Part shown: positions 7,909-15,960 of the stretch, piece after piece
Position numbering within the stretch: the stretch's first letter is position 1
How the letters are laid out: every line of letters starts with the position of its first letter
Source of the DNA: Halobacteria archaeon
GTDB taxonomy: Archaea; Halobacteriota; Syntropharchaeia; JACQPP01
Assembly (NCBI GenBank): GCA_038869515.1
Contig: JAWCQZ010000001.1
Location: forward strand, 242,534 to 306,533
DNA length: 64,000 nt
Direction of reading: 5' to 3'
The notes under the pieces: model-generated
Databases searched by the model: none
What the model was told of the DNA's origin: nothing
What the model saw: only the letters and a program-made list of their open reading frames with translations
Translations under genes and position numbers: made by a program

Positions 7909-9576
7909 ATGGCCTCGCAACCCCGTCGCGAGCCGTCCCCTGCTTCGCACGGGACTGCCCGGTCGGCTCCACCACCCGCCGCCTCCCCGCGCCGCGTCGA
8001 GCCGGCATTCGAAATCCTCGCCAAGGACATGGCGGGCCGCTTCGGCAGGCTCGAGACCCCTCACGGCGTTCTGGAGACCCCCGCCCTCTTCCCGGTGGTG
8101 AATCCCCACATCCCCCTCCTTCCTCTCTCTCGAATCCAGGAGTGCGGGGCCAAGGCCCTCATCACCAACGCATCCATCCTTTTCAAGGACCCGGAGTTGC
8201 GGGCCCGGGCCGAGACGGAGGGGGTCCACCGGCTTCTCGGGTTCGACGGGCCCGTGATGACCGACTCGGGGGCCTTCCAACTCTCGCGCTACGGCGACGC
8301 CGGGGTGACCAACGCCGAGATTGTCGGGTTCCAGAGGCGCATCGGCGTGGACATCGCGGTTCCCCTCGACCTCCCCACGCCCCCGGACGCCCCCGCGGAA
8401 GAGGCGGCCCGCCAGTGGGACGGGACCCTCGCCCGCATTCGCGAGGCCAAGGAGCTCTGGGACGATGGGCCCGGCTTGCTGGCGATGCCGGTCCAGGGTG
8501 GGCTCCACCCCGCCCTGCGGCGCAAAGCCGGTGAAGCGGTGGCGGCCCTCGGCCCCGGGGTCGCGCCCGTCGGCGCCGTCGTCCCGCTGATGGAATCCCA
8601 GCGCTACGCCGACCTGGTGGACGTGGTGGTGGCCGCGAAGCAGGGCCTCGGCCCCGGAGTCCCGGTCCACCTCTTCGGCGCGGGCCACCCGGCCACCTTC
8701 CCGCTGGCCGCGGCCCTCGGGTGCGACCTCTTCGACTCCGCCTCCTACGCCCTCTACGCCAAGGAGAGGCGCTACATGACGCCGACCGGGACGCTCCGCC
8801 TCGACGAGGTGCGGGAGCTGCCGTGCGCCTGCCCGGTCTGCGCCTCCCGCGGGCCCGGGGACCTCGACGGGGCGCTGCTGGCGGAGCACAACCTGCGGGC
8901 GACCCTCGCGGCGGTCCGGGAGGTGCGGCAGGCGATCCGCTCCCACGCCCTGCCCGACCTGGTGGAGATGCGCTGCCGGAGCCACCCCGCCCTCCTGGCG
9001 GGCTACCGGAGGCTCCTGGAGGAGCACGGCGACTGGCTGGAGCGGAACCACCCGAACGGTCCCGAGCCCTTCCACCACCGGGGCCCCGAGTCGGCCCTCC
9101 GGCCCGAGATCCGGCGACACCTCCGCTCGATGGCCCGGTGGCCCCTGAAGGGGCACATCCTGGTGACCTGCTTTCCAACCGAAGCGGGGGGAGGGGTCAA
9201 GCGGGCGCCACCTGCGGCTGCGCCCGGCAGCGAAGAGCAGAGCGAGACCCGCAACGCGACCCCGCTCCACAGCGGAAGACGAACGTCGCGGGCCGAGAGG
9301 GGGGCTTCGCCCCGCTCCCCGGGTCCTTCGTTCGACCGCGTCCTGACTCTCAAGCCCCTCTTCGGCCCCGTTCCCCCGGAGCTGGAGGAGAGCGCCCCCG
9401 CGGGCCAGGCCCTTCTCCTGGAGGATCGGGAGTCGTGGCGGGCGGCCCTGGAGAGCCTCTGGGCCCTCATGGAGGCGCGGCCCGAGGTGCGGTGGACCAT
9501 CCACGGGCCCGCCTCCTGGGAGCCGGCGTGGGTGGAGAGGCTCGAGGGGCGCGCGGAGGTGGTCCTGCGTGGCTAG
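7909..9576 (+). CDS. tgtA: archaeosine tRNA-guanine transglycosylase
   Basis: FEILAKDMAGRFGRLETPHGVLETPALFPVVNP, TIM-barrel TGT motifs, zinc site CACPVCA. The C-terminal 120 aa are compositionally odd. Confidence 0.8.
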   Translation: MASQPRREPSPASHGTARSAPPPAASPRRVEPAFEILAKDMAGRFGRLETPHGVLETPALFPVVNPHIPLLPLSRIQECGAKALITNASILFKDPELRARAETEGVHRLLGFDGPVMTDSGAFQLSRYGDAGVTNAEIVGFQRRIGVDIAVPLDLPTPPDAPAEEAARQWDGTLARIREAKELWDDGPGLLAMPVQGGLHPALRRKAGEAVAALGPGVAPVGAVVPLMESQRYADLVDVVVAAKQGLGPGVPVHLFGAGHPATFPLAAALGCDLFDSASYALYAKERRYMTPTGTLRLDEVRELPCACPVCASRGPGDLDGALLAEHNLRATLAAVREVRQAIRSHALPDLVEMRCRSHPALLAGYRRLLEEHGDWLERNHPNGPEPFHHRGPESALRPEIRRHLRSMARWPLKGHILVTCFPTEAGGGVKRAPPAAAPGSEEQSETRNATPLHSGRRTSRAERGASPRSPGPSFDRVLTLKPLFGPVPPELEESAPAGQALLLEDRESWRAALESLWALMEARPEVRWTIHGPASWEPAWVERLEGRAEVVLRG

Positions 9577-11296
9577 GCCGCCGCCGGCGTTCGAGGTGGT
9601 GCGGAGGGACGGCCCCGCCCGCCTCGGGAGGCTCCGCCTCGACGGGACCTCGCTCCCCACTCCGGGCATCCTCCCGGTCTCCCGGACCCCCTGGATGGGG
9701 GAGTTCCGGCGCCGCTGGCAGTTCCGCGGCGAGGAGGCCTTCGAAGCCGGAGGGCTCCGGGTCTCCACCTCCCCCCGGGCCGAGGCCGACCTCTACCTCC
9801 TCCCCAAGTCGCGGGCCCTGGAGGGGCGCCCGCGGAGGTTCATGGAGGGGGTGGCGGAGTTCCGGGAGGCGGTCGGCCCGGACGGGGCGCTCTACCTGCC
9901 GGCCCTCGCCACGCCCGCGAACGCCGCGCTCCTCGCCTACGCGGGCGTCGACCTGGTGGACGATGTCCAGCCGCTCCTCGCGGCCCGCCAGGGGCTCTAC
10001 ATGACGCCGGCCGGCAGCCGCCCCCTCGGCGGGATGGAGGAGATGCCCTGCCCCTGCGACGCCTGTCGCCGGGGGGAGGGGGTTCGCGTAGGCGACGGCC
10101 CCCTCCCCCCGCCCACAGGCCCGCCCCCCGCCCCCCCCTCAAGGATGGACGCCGAGGCCCTGGCGCGCCACAATACGACCGCCCTGGAGATGGAGCTGCG
10201 GGCCGCGCGCGCCGAAATCCGCCGGGGGCGGATGCGGGAGCGCGCCGAGGAGCGGGTCCGGGCCGAGGCGTGGCAGGTGGCGGCCCTGAGGAACTTCGAC
10301 GCCCAGGGGAGCTACCTGGAGCGGAGGAGCCCGGTGAGCCGGGAGGCGCGCCTCGACGCCAACTCCATGGAGTCGCTCTTCAGGCCCGAGGTCCGCCGGT
10401 TCGCCGCGCGGGTCCGGGAGCGGTTCACCCCCGCGCCGGGACCCTGGGTCCTCCTCCCCTGCTCCGCCCGGAAGCCCTACTCCAACTCCCAGAGCCACCG
10501 GAGGTTCCGGCGCGCCCTGGAGCCGTGGCGCGGCTCCCTGCAGGAGGTGGTCCTGACCTCGCCCCTCGGGGTCGTCCCGCGGGAGCTGGAGCGGACCTAC
10601 CCGGCGGCCCACTACGAGACGCCGGTGACCGGAAGGTGGGACGGGGAGGAGCGCCTGTGGCTCCAGGAGTGCCTTCGGCCGCTCCTCGAGAAACACCGCC
10701 CCCCGCTCCTCTTCATCCACATCCCCGGGACGCCCGGGGAGGTGGCGCGGGAGGAGGGGCGGAGGCTCGGAATCGAGACCGTCGAGACCGCCGGGGCCGA
10801 CCCGGCCGGCGACGCGGCCCTCCAGGCGCTCCACAACGCGGTCGCCTCGGCGGGCCTCCCGAGGGCGCCCCACCGCCTCGGGCGCCACCTCCGGGCCGTG
10901 GCCGATTTCCAACTCGGCCCGGGGGCGGGGGAGCTCCTGATGAAGCACGGGAAGCCCACGATGCGGGGCGCGCGGTCGGGGCCCCCGGTGGCTGCGATCC
11001 GGAGCGTGGCGACGCTGACCCCGTCGGGGCTCCTCGCCCTCACCCTGAAGGGGGCCCGCGCCCTCGCCGGCGCGAGGTGGCCCGGACTGCGGGTCGAGAT
11101 CGACGACTTCCTCCCCACCGGCTCGGTCCTCGCCCCGGGGGTGACCCGGGCCGACGAAGCCCTCCGGCCGGGCGACGAGGCGGTCTTCGAGGGGCCCCGC
11201 GCCTTCGGGGTCGGGAAGGCCGCCATGGCGGGGTGGGAGATGGAGCGCGCCCGCCGGGGGGTCGCGATCCGGGTCCGGGAAGTGGAGCCGAAATAG
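9569..11296 (+). CDS. arcS: archaeosine synthase ArcS (TGT-like N-domain plus C-terminal PUA)
   Basis: N-terminal TGT-like FEVVRRDGPARLGRLRLDGTSLPTPGILPV, Cys cluster CPCDACRRG, C-terminal PUA-like segment (VEIDDFLPTGSVLAPGVTRADEALRPGDEAVFEG). Overlaps the tgtA 3' end by 8 nt. Confidence 0.75.
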   Translation: MARPPPAFEVVRRDGPARLGRLRLDGTSLPTPGILPVSRTPWMGEFRRRWQFRGEEAFEAGGLRVSTSPRAEADLYLLPKSRALEGRPRRFMEGVAEFREAVGPDGALYLPALATPANAALLAYAGVDLVDDVQPLLAARQGLYMTPAGSRPLGGMEEMPCPCDACRRGEGVRVGDGPLPPPTGPPPAPPSRMDAEALARHNTTALEMELRAARAEIRRGRMRERAEERVRAEAWQVAALRNFDAQGSYLERRSPVSREARLDANSMESLFRPEVRRFAARVRERFTPAPGPWVLLPCSARKPYSNSQSHRRFRRALEPWRGSLQEVVLTSPLGVVPRELERTYPAAHYETPVTGRWDGEERLWLQECLRPLLEKHRPPLLFIHIPGTPGEVAREEGRRLGIETVETAGADPAGDAALQALHNAVASAGLPRAPHRLGRHLRAVADFQLGPGAGELLMKHGKPTMRGARSGPPVAAIRSVATLTPSGLLALTLKGARALAGARWPGLRVEIDDFLPTGSVLAPGVTRADEALRPGDEAVFEGPRAFGVGKAAMAGWEMERARRGVAIRVREVEPK

Positions 11297-11298
11297 GG

Positions 11299-11508
11299 TC
11301 AGGCCTTCGCGGCCTTCCCCTTCTTGGGTCCGCGGCCGGGGGCCTTCCGGACCCACGTCATGCGCCTCGCGATGCGCCCCAGGGCGAGGTTCTTCTCGCA
11401 CTTCGAGGAGCAGAAGTAGAAGAGGGAGCCGTCGCGCCTCACCAGCATCTTCCCGGTCCCGGGCTCGAACGGCTGGGCGCAGAAGGAGCAGGTCTTCCAG
11501 TCTGGCAC
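11299..11508 (-). CDS. rpl24e: ribosomal protein L24e
   Basis: KTCSFCAQPFEPGTGKMLVRRDGSLFYFCSSKCEKN zinc-binding L24e signature. Confidence 0.85.
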   Translation of the reverse strand: MPDWKTCSFCAQPFEPGTGKMLVRRDGSLFYFCSSKCEKNLALGRIARRMTWVRKAPGRGPKKGKAAKA

Positions 11509-11518
11509 GGGGGGACTC

Positions 11519-11734
11519 CTACCGGGAGAGGAGCTTCTTCGCCTCCCGGGCGGTCTCCATCAGGATGAGGACGTCGCCGACCTGAACCGGGCCGTAGCAG
11601 TTCCGGGTGATCACCATGCCGCGGCTCTGGCCTTCCAGGACCCTCACCCGCACCTGGGTCACCTCGCCGTGCATGCCGGTCCGTCCCACCACCTCGACCA
11701 CCTCGGCGGGGGAGGGGGCCTCCTCGGCCGGCAT
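11519..11734 (-). CDS. rps28e: ribosomal protein S28e
   Basis: [59 protein letters not shown], canonical S28e. Confidence 0.85.
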   Translation of the reverse strand: MPAEEAPSPAEVVEVVGRTGMHGEVTQVRVRVLEGQSRGMVITRNCYGPVQVGDVLILMETAREAKKLLSR

Positions 11735-11740
11735 CGCCCC

Positions 11741-12142
11741 TCAGGACTCCTTGGCCCCTTCGCCGCCCTTCTTCAACCTGGCCAGCCCCTTCAACGCGTC
11801 GTCGAAGGCGGCCTTCGCCTTGGCCCCCGAGTCGAGGATGGCCGCGCCGGCGCACGACTTGGCGGTGAGGCCGCACGCCTTGCCGAGGTCCTCCTGCTTC
11901 TTCACGTAGCCGTAGGGGACCTTCTTCTCCTCGCAGAGGGCGGGGAGGTGCATCGCCACCTCGGGGGGGTCCACATCCTCGCTCACGACGACCAGCTTCG
12001 CGAGGCCCCGCTCCACCGACTTGGTGGTCTCGTTGATGCCCTTCTTCAGCTTCCCGGTCTCCTTGACCTCGGCCAGGAGCTCCAGGAGCGAGTTCTCCAG
12101 GGCCGGAGGGACGTCGAACTTCACATGGGGCGACTTGGCCAT
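11741..12142 (-). CDS. rpl7ae: ribosomal protein L7Ae (kink-turn RNA-binding)
   Basis: MAKSPHVKFDVPPALENSLLELLAEVKETGKLKKGINETTKSVERGLAKLVVVSEDVDPPEV; rpl7ae-rps28e-rpl24e is a conserved archaeal cluster. Start set at the internal ATG; the upstream ORF extension is junk. Confidence 0.85.
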   Translation of the reverse strand: MAKSPHVKFDVPPALENSLLELLAEVKETGKLKKGINETTKSVERGLAKLVVVSEDVDPPEVAMHLPALCEEKKVPYGYVKKQEDLGKACGLTAKSCAGAAILDSGAKAKAAFDDALKGLARLKKGGEGAKES

Positions 12143-12236
12143 GGGACCCATGAGACCCCCCGCCGGGTATAAAGTTTCAGAGGCGGGGGGACGGAAACGG
12201 TTAAAATTGGGGCGGCGACCTCCCCCGCGGCCACCC

Positions 12237-12590
12237 ATGGAGGAGCCCCGTCTCGACGCCCTCGAACATCGAATCCGGGCCCTGGAGGCCCGCCTCCGCG
12301 CAGTGGAGGGGCGCCTCTCCTCCTCCCTCGGAGGGGCGATCGAGGGGGCCCCGCCGGGTCCCGGGGAGGCCCCGCAGGGCGCGGACGGGGAGGCGCTGCG
12401 GGAGCGGCTCCAGGGGCTGGGGGAGAGGGTCTACGCCCTGGAGGCCCACGCCCCCGCGCGGATGGCCGAAGCGCTCCTGCGGGTCGAGGCGCGCCTGGCG
12501 GAGCTGGAGCGCTCCCGGGCGGAGGCGGCCGCGGCCCCTGCTCCCCCGGCGGGGGGGCGCTCCCGGGGCCGGGGTCTCCGGCTCCTCTAG
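12237..12590 (+). CDS. hypothetical coiled-coil protein, 2 nt upstream of the E1 gene
   Basis: Ala/Leu/Arg/Glu-rich heptad-like repeats (LEHRIRALEARLRAVEGRL...LRVEARLAELERSRAEAAAA). Stop is 2 nt before the E1 ATG. Could be a spurious high-GC ORF. Confidence 0.35.
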   Translation: MEEPRLDALEHRIRALEARLRAVEGRLSSSLGGAIEGAPPGPGEAPQGADGEALRERLQGLGERVYALEAHAPARMAEALLRVEARLAELERSRAEAAAAPAPPAGGRSRGRGLRLL

Positions 12591-12592
12591 CC

Positions 12593-13669
12593 ATGGCCGG
12601 GAGGGGGGGACGCTACGACCGCCTCCGCGCCCTCGCGGGGTACGACCGGGAGCGTCTCGCCTCCTCGACCTTCCTCGTGGCCGGGGTCGGCGCCCTCGGC
12701 AACGAGGTGGCGAAGGACCTCGCCCTCCTCGGCGCGGGGCGGCTCCTCCTGGTGGACTTCGACCGGGTCGAGCCCTCCAACCTCTCCCGCTCGCTCCTCT
12801 TCCGGGAGGCGGACGTCGGGCTCCCGAAGGTCCGGGCGGCCGCGCGCGCCCTGCGCAACATCAACCCCGGAGCCGAAGTGGAGGCGGTCGAGGGGGACCT
12901 CCGGTGGGACCTCGGCCTCGGGACCCTCCGCCGCTGCGCCGTGGCCTTCGGGTGCCTGGACAACCGGGAGGCGCGCCTCGCCCTCAACCGCATGTGCCGC
13001 TCTGCGGGGGTCCCGTGGGTGAACGGGGGGCTCGACGGCTGGGACGGCGTGGTCGAGCTCTACCCGCCCCGGGGCGCCTGCTACGAGTGCTCCTTCACCG
13101 GGGCTGACTACGCGGCGGTCGCGGAGCGCTACTCCTGCCCGGCCCGTCCGCCGGCAGCGGGAGGCGTCCCCACCGCCCCCACTGCGGCCGCCATCGTGGG
13201 CGGGATGGCGGTCGAGGCGGGGCTCTTCGCCCTCCCGCGCGAGGCGGAGGCGCTCTACTACCGCGGCGGAGAGGTGGTCCGCTCCCGCCTCCAGCGGAGG
13301 CCCGGCTGCCCCGCCCACCATGCCCCGGGGCCGGTGAAGAGGTCGGGCCTGACGCCGGAGAGCCGGGTCCGGGAGTTGCTGGCGGCCCATCCGGGGACCC
13401 TCTTCCTCGACCGGGAGGTGGTCACCGCCCTCCGCTGCCTCTGCGGGCGGGGCCGGCGCCTCCGGGTCCCGCGCCTCCGGATGGACGGCGCCCTCCGCTG
13501 CCGGTGCGGCCGGGAGATGGCTTCCGAGACGGTGCGACGGGTCGGGACGGGGGACCCGCTGGCGGAGCGCTCCCTGAAGGAGTTGGGAATCCCGCCGGGC
13601 CATATCGTCGAGGTGGCCCGGGGGAACCGGTCCGTGTTCGTGGAGTTGAAGGAGGGCCGCCGTGGGTAA
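12593..13669 (+). CDS. E1-like ubiquitin-like-protein activating enzyme (ThiF/MoeB/UbaA family) with a Cys-rich C-terminal extension
   Basis: Rossmann nucleotide motif FLVAGVGALGNEVAKDLALLGAGRLLLVDFDRVEPSNLSRSLLF, a CxxC pair (CYEC), a crossover-loop Cys (YSCPARP), then about 100 extra residues containing CLCG...CRCG. Confidence 0.85.
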   Translation: MAGRGGRYDRLRALAGYDRERLASSTFLVAGVGALGNEVAKDLALLGAGRLLLVDFDRVEPSNLSRSLLFREADVGLPKVRAAARALRNINPGAEVEAVEGDLRWDLGLGTLRRCAVAFGCLDNREARLALNRMCRSAGVPWVNGGLDGWDGVVELYPPRGACYECSFTGADYAAVAERYSCPARPPAAGGVPTAPTAAAIVGGMAVEAGLFALPREAEALYYRGGEVVRSRLQRRPGCPAHHAPGPVKRSGLTPESRVRELLAAHPGTLFLDREVVTALRCLCGRGRRLRVPRLRMDGALRCRCGREMASETVRRVGTGDPLAERSLKELGIPPGHIVEVARGNRSVFVELKEGRRG

Positions 13670-14444
13670 ACTGGTCGTCGAGGTCGTGGACCACACCGCC
13701 TCCCGGCGGCGGAAGGCGGAGATTCCCGACTCGATGACCGCGGAGCGCGTCCTCGCAACGCTCGTGGAGAAAATGGGACTCCCCGCGGCGGACCCGGCGG
13801 GCCAGCCCATCACCTACCACCTCGACCACAAGCAGTCGGGCAAGAGGCTGAGGCCGGACCAGACCCTCAAGCAGGCGGGGGTCCAGAACGGCGACGTGCT
13901 GCGGGTCTTCCCGCGCATCGAGGCTGGCGCACCCTCCGGCGGACCCTCACCGCGCCTGCGCCGCCTGAAGAACGAGAGGCTCCGGCTGGGACGGCTCCGC
14001 TCCCCCCTCGTCACTTTCCGGACCGGGGGGGACCCGCCCGACGAGTACCGGGTGGAGTTTCTCTGCACGGGGCTGGCGAAGTCGGACGGAAAGATGGAGA
14101 GGCGAGGGCGCCACGAGGCGCACATCCTCCTTCCCGCCGACTACCCCGTGCGGCCTCCGGAGGTCCGGTGGCTCACGCCGCTGTTCCATCCCAACATCCT
14201 CGGGAGCGACCACCCCTACCACCCGGGAAAGGTCTGCCTCGGCCCCTGGACGCCCGCCCAGTTTTTGGACGACGTCGTGGTCCGCCTCGCCGAGATGGTG
14301 CAGTTCAAGGACTACGGCCTCCAGAGCCCGCTGAACCCCGAGGCCGCCGTGTGGGCGAAGGAGCACGAGGCGGAACTGCCGGTGGACCCGAGGGAGGTCC
14401 GGGAGCCCCAGGCGCGGGGGGAGGACATCGCGATTCTGGAGTAG
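13662..14444 (+). CDS. ubiquitin-like beta-grasp domain fused to a ubiquitin-conjugating enzyme E2 (UBC) domain
   Basis: GTG start overlapping the E1 stop. N-terminal about 95 aa has a ubiquitin-like pattern (KLVVEVVD...ITYHLDHKQSGKRLRPDQTLKQAGVQNGDVLRVFPRIEAGAPSGG). C-terminal about 150 aa has UBC hallmarks: DYPVRPPEVRWLTPLFHPNILGSDHPYHPGKVCLGPWTPAQ (HPN plus catalytic Cys) and SPLNPEAA. Confidence 0.8.
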   Translation: MGKLVVEVVDHTASRRRKAEIPDSMTAERVLATLVEKMGLPAADPAGQPITYHLDHKQSGKRLRPDQTLKQAGVQNGDVLRVFPRIEAGAPSGGPSPRLRRLKNERLRLGRLRSPLVTFRTGGDPPDEYRVEFLCTGLAKSDGKMERRGRHEAHILLPADYPVRPPEVRWLTPLFHPNILGSDHPYHPGKVCLGPWTPAQFLDDVVVRLAEMVQFKDYGLQSPLNPEAAVWAKEHEAELPVDPREVREPQARGEDIAILE

Positions 14445-14466
14445 GCCTGTGCTCTGCGGCCCCTGC

Positions 14467-15327
14467 TCAGAAGATTGAAAATGATAATCCGTCCCCCATC
14501 CTTTCAAGGAACCCCTCCACCAACCTCGCCAGTTCCCCCGGCCTCTCCACCGACGGCAGGTGGCCGCACTCCTCGATGATTTCGAGCCGCGCCCCCGGGA
14601 TGGTCCGCGCGAGCCGCTCCCCGAGTTTCAGCGACACCAGTCTGTCCTGCCGCCCCCACACCACCAGCGTCGGGGCGCGGATTTCGGCCGCCCGCTTCCG
14701 GTAACTGGTCGCGATGACGTGCATCATCGAGTTGAACCGGGTCCGTCGCCGCGCCCGCTCCTTCGGGTCCTCCCGCAACGCGGCGGCCCGCGCCTTCATC
14801 TCCTCGATGCCGGGGCGGTGGTCGTGGAAGGCGCGCTTCATCATGGAGCGCCCGATGACCGGCTCGAGCGCCTTGTAGATGGCGAAGGCGAAGTCGCTGC
14901 GGGCGCGCCTCCGGGCGAACCCCCGGGGGCGCCACATGCCCCCGGAATCGACCAGGACGAGCGCCTCGACCCGCTCGGGCCACCGGAGGGTGAACTCCAT
15001 CGAGACCATCCCCCCCATCGAGGAGCCGACCGGGACCGCGCGTCGCACCCCGATGGAGTCGAGCAGTTGGAGCGCCGAGCGGGCGAAGAACTCCAGGGTG
15101 TAGTCGGTGACCGGCACCTCCGATTGCCCGTAGGAGGGCAGGTCCACCGCGACGCAGCGCCACTTCTTCGACAATCGCTCCACCACCGCGCTCCACTGCT
15201 CGTGGGTCGAGGCCCAGCCGTGGAGGAAGAGGAGGGCGTCGGCGTCGCGCGGCCCTTCATCCACGTATGCGAGCCGGAAGGGGGGTGGGCCCGGGAGGTC
15301 GGCGAATTTGACCTGGAACCCGGCCAC
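14467..15327 (-). CDS. alpha/beta-fold hydrolase
   Basis: LFLHGWAST...GSSMGGMV nucleophile elbow (GxSxG) and C-terminal His region (ECGHLPSVE). Confidence 0.75.
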   Translation of the reverse strand: MAGFQVKFADLPGPPPFRLAYVDEGPRDADALLFLHGWASTHEQWSAVVERLSKKWRCVAVDLPSYGQSEVPVTDYTLEFFARSALQLLDSIGVRRAVPVGSSMGGMVSMEFTLRWPERVEALVLVDSGGMWRPRGFARRRARSDFAFAIYKALEPVIGRSMMKRAFHDHRPGIEEMKARAAALREDPKERARRRTRFNSMMHVIATSYRKRAAEIRAPTLVVWGRQDRLVSLKLGERLARTIPGARLEIIEECGHLPSVERPGELARLVEGFLERMGDGLSFSIF

Positions 15328-15960
15328 TTACACGCCTCGCCGGTCGCCCCAAAGAATCTTGTGCAATTGCAGCCCGTAGCGCGCCCCGGGGAACTCCGTC
15401 TTCACCCGTTCCGCGAATTCGAACTTCGAGTAGCAGTCCTTCTGCAGAATCAGGTTCGGGAGGTGGGCCCACTCCTTGGCGAAGGCGAGGTCCTCCGGCC
15501 CGCTCACCACGATTTTGAACTGGACCTTGGACCCGTGCTCGCGGAGGATGCGGCCGACGGCTTCCCGGTTGGGCGCGACGCCGCTGCTCGGCCCCTTGAC
15601 GTCGCAGGAGACGAAATCCACGGCCGTCATCACTTCGGGCTCGAAGTATTGTCCGCTCGTCTCGAGGCAGACCCAGTAGCCCCGCTCCTTCAGGAGCCGG
15701 ACCAGCCTCCGGATGTCCTGCTCGAGAGGCTCGCCGCCGGTGATGGAGACCCGCCGGCAGGGGAAGGCGGCCACGCGCCCCAGGACCTCCTCCTCGGTGA
15801 GGGCCGCCGAGCCCTTCGCCCTCTCGGGCCAGGTGTACTTGGTGTCGCACCAGGAGCAGCCGACCCTGCACCCCTGGAGCCGGATGAAGACCTGGGGGAG
15901 GCCCATGTGAAGCCCTTCGCCCTCCAGGCTGTGGAAAATCTCCGAAATCCGCAGGGCCAT
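15328..15960 (-). CDS. queE: 7-carboxy-7-deazaguanine synthase QueE (radical SAM)
   Basis: MALRISEIFHSLEGEGLHMGLPQVFIRLQGCRVGCSWCDTKYTW (CxxxCxxC). ATG overlaps the queC stop (ATGA). Confidence 0.8.
   Translation of the reverse strand: MALRISEIFHSLEGEGLHMGLPQVFIRLQGCRVGCSWCDTKYTWPERAKGSAALTEEEVLGRVAAFPCRRVSITGGEPLEQDIRRLVRLLKERGYWVCLETSGQYFEPEVMTAVDFVSCDVKGPSSGVAPNREAVGRILREHGSKVQFKIVVSGPEDLAFAKEWAHLPNLILQKDCYSKFEFAERVKTEFPGARYGLQLHKILWGDRRGV

Noticed and set aside
7852-9768. 638-aa ORF antisense to tgtA. Similar very long antisense or off-frame ORFs lie at 1392-2834, 21843-24746, 32909-35002, 51787-53883, 56521-58590 and 59875-62763.
   Set aside because: Extreme Arg/Pro/Gly composition, no recognisable domains, and each overlaps a well-supported gene on the other strand. 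These are typical stop-codon-poor shadow frames in high-GC DNA.
12021-12236. N-terminal 72 codons of the 189-aa plus-strand ORF upstream of the coiled-coil protein.
   Set aside because: Overlaps the rpl7ae coding start on the opposite strand and has junk composition; only the part from ATG 12237 was kept as a low-confidence CDS.
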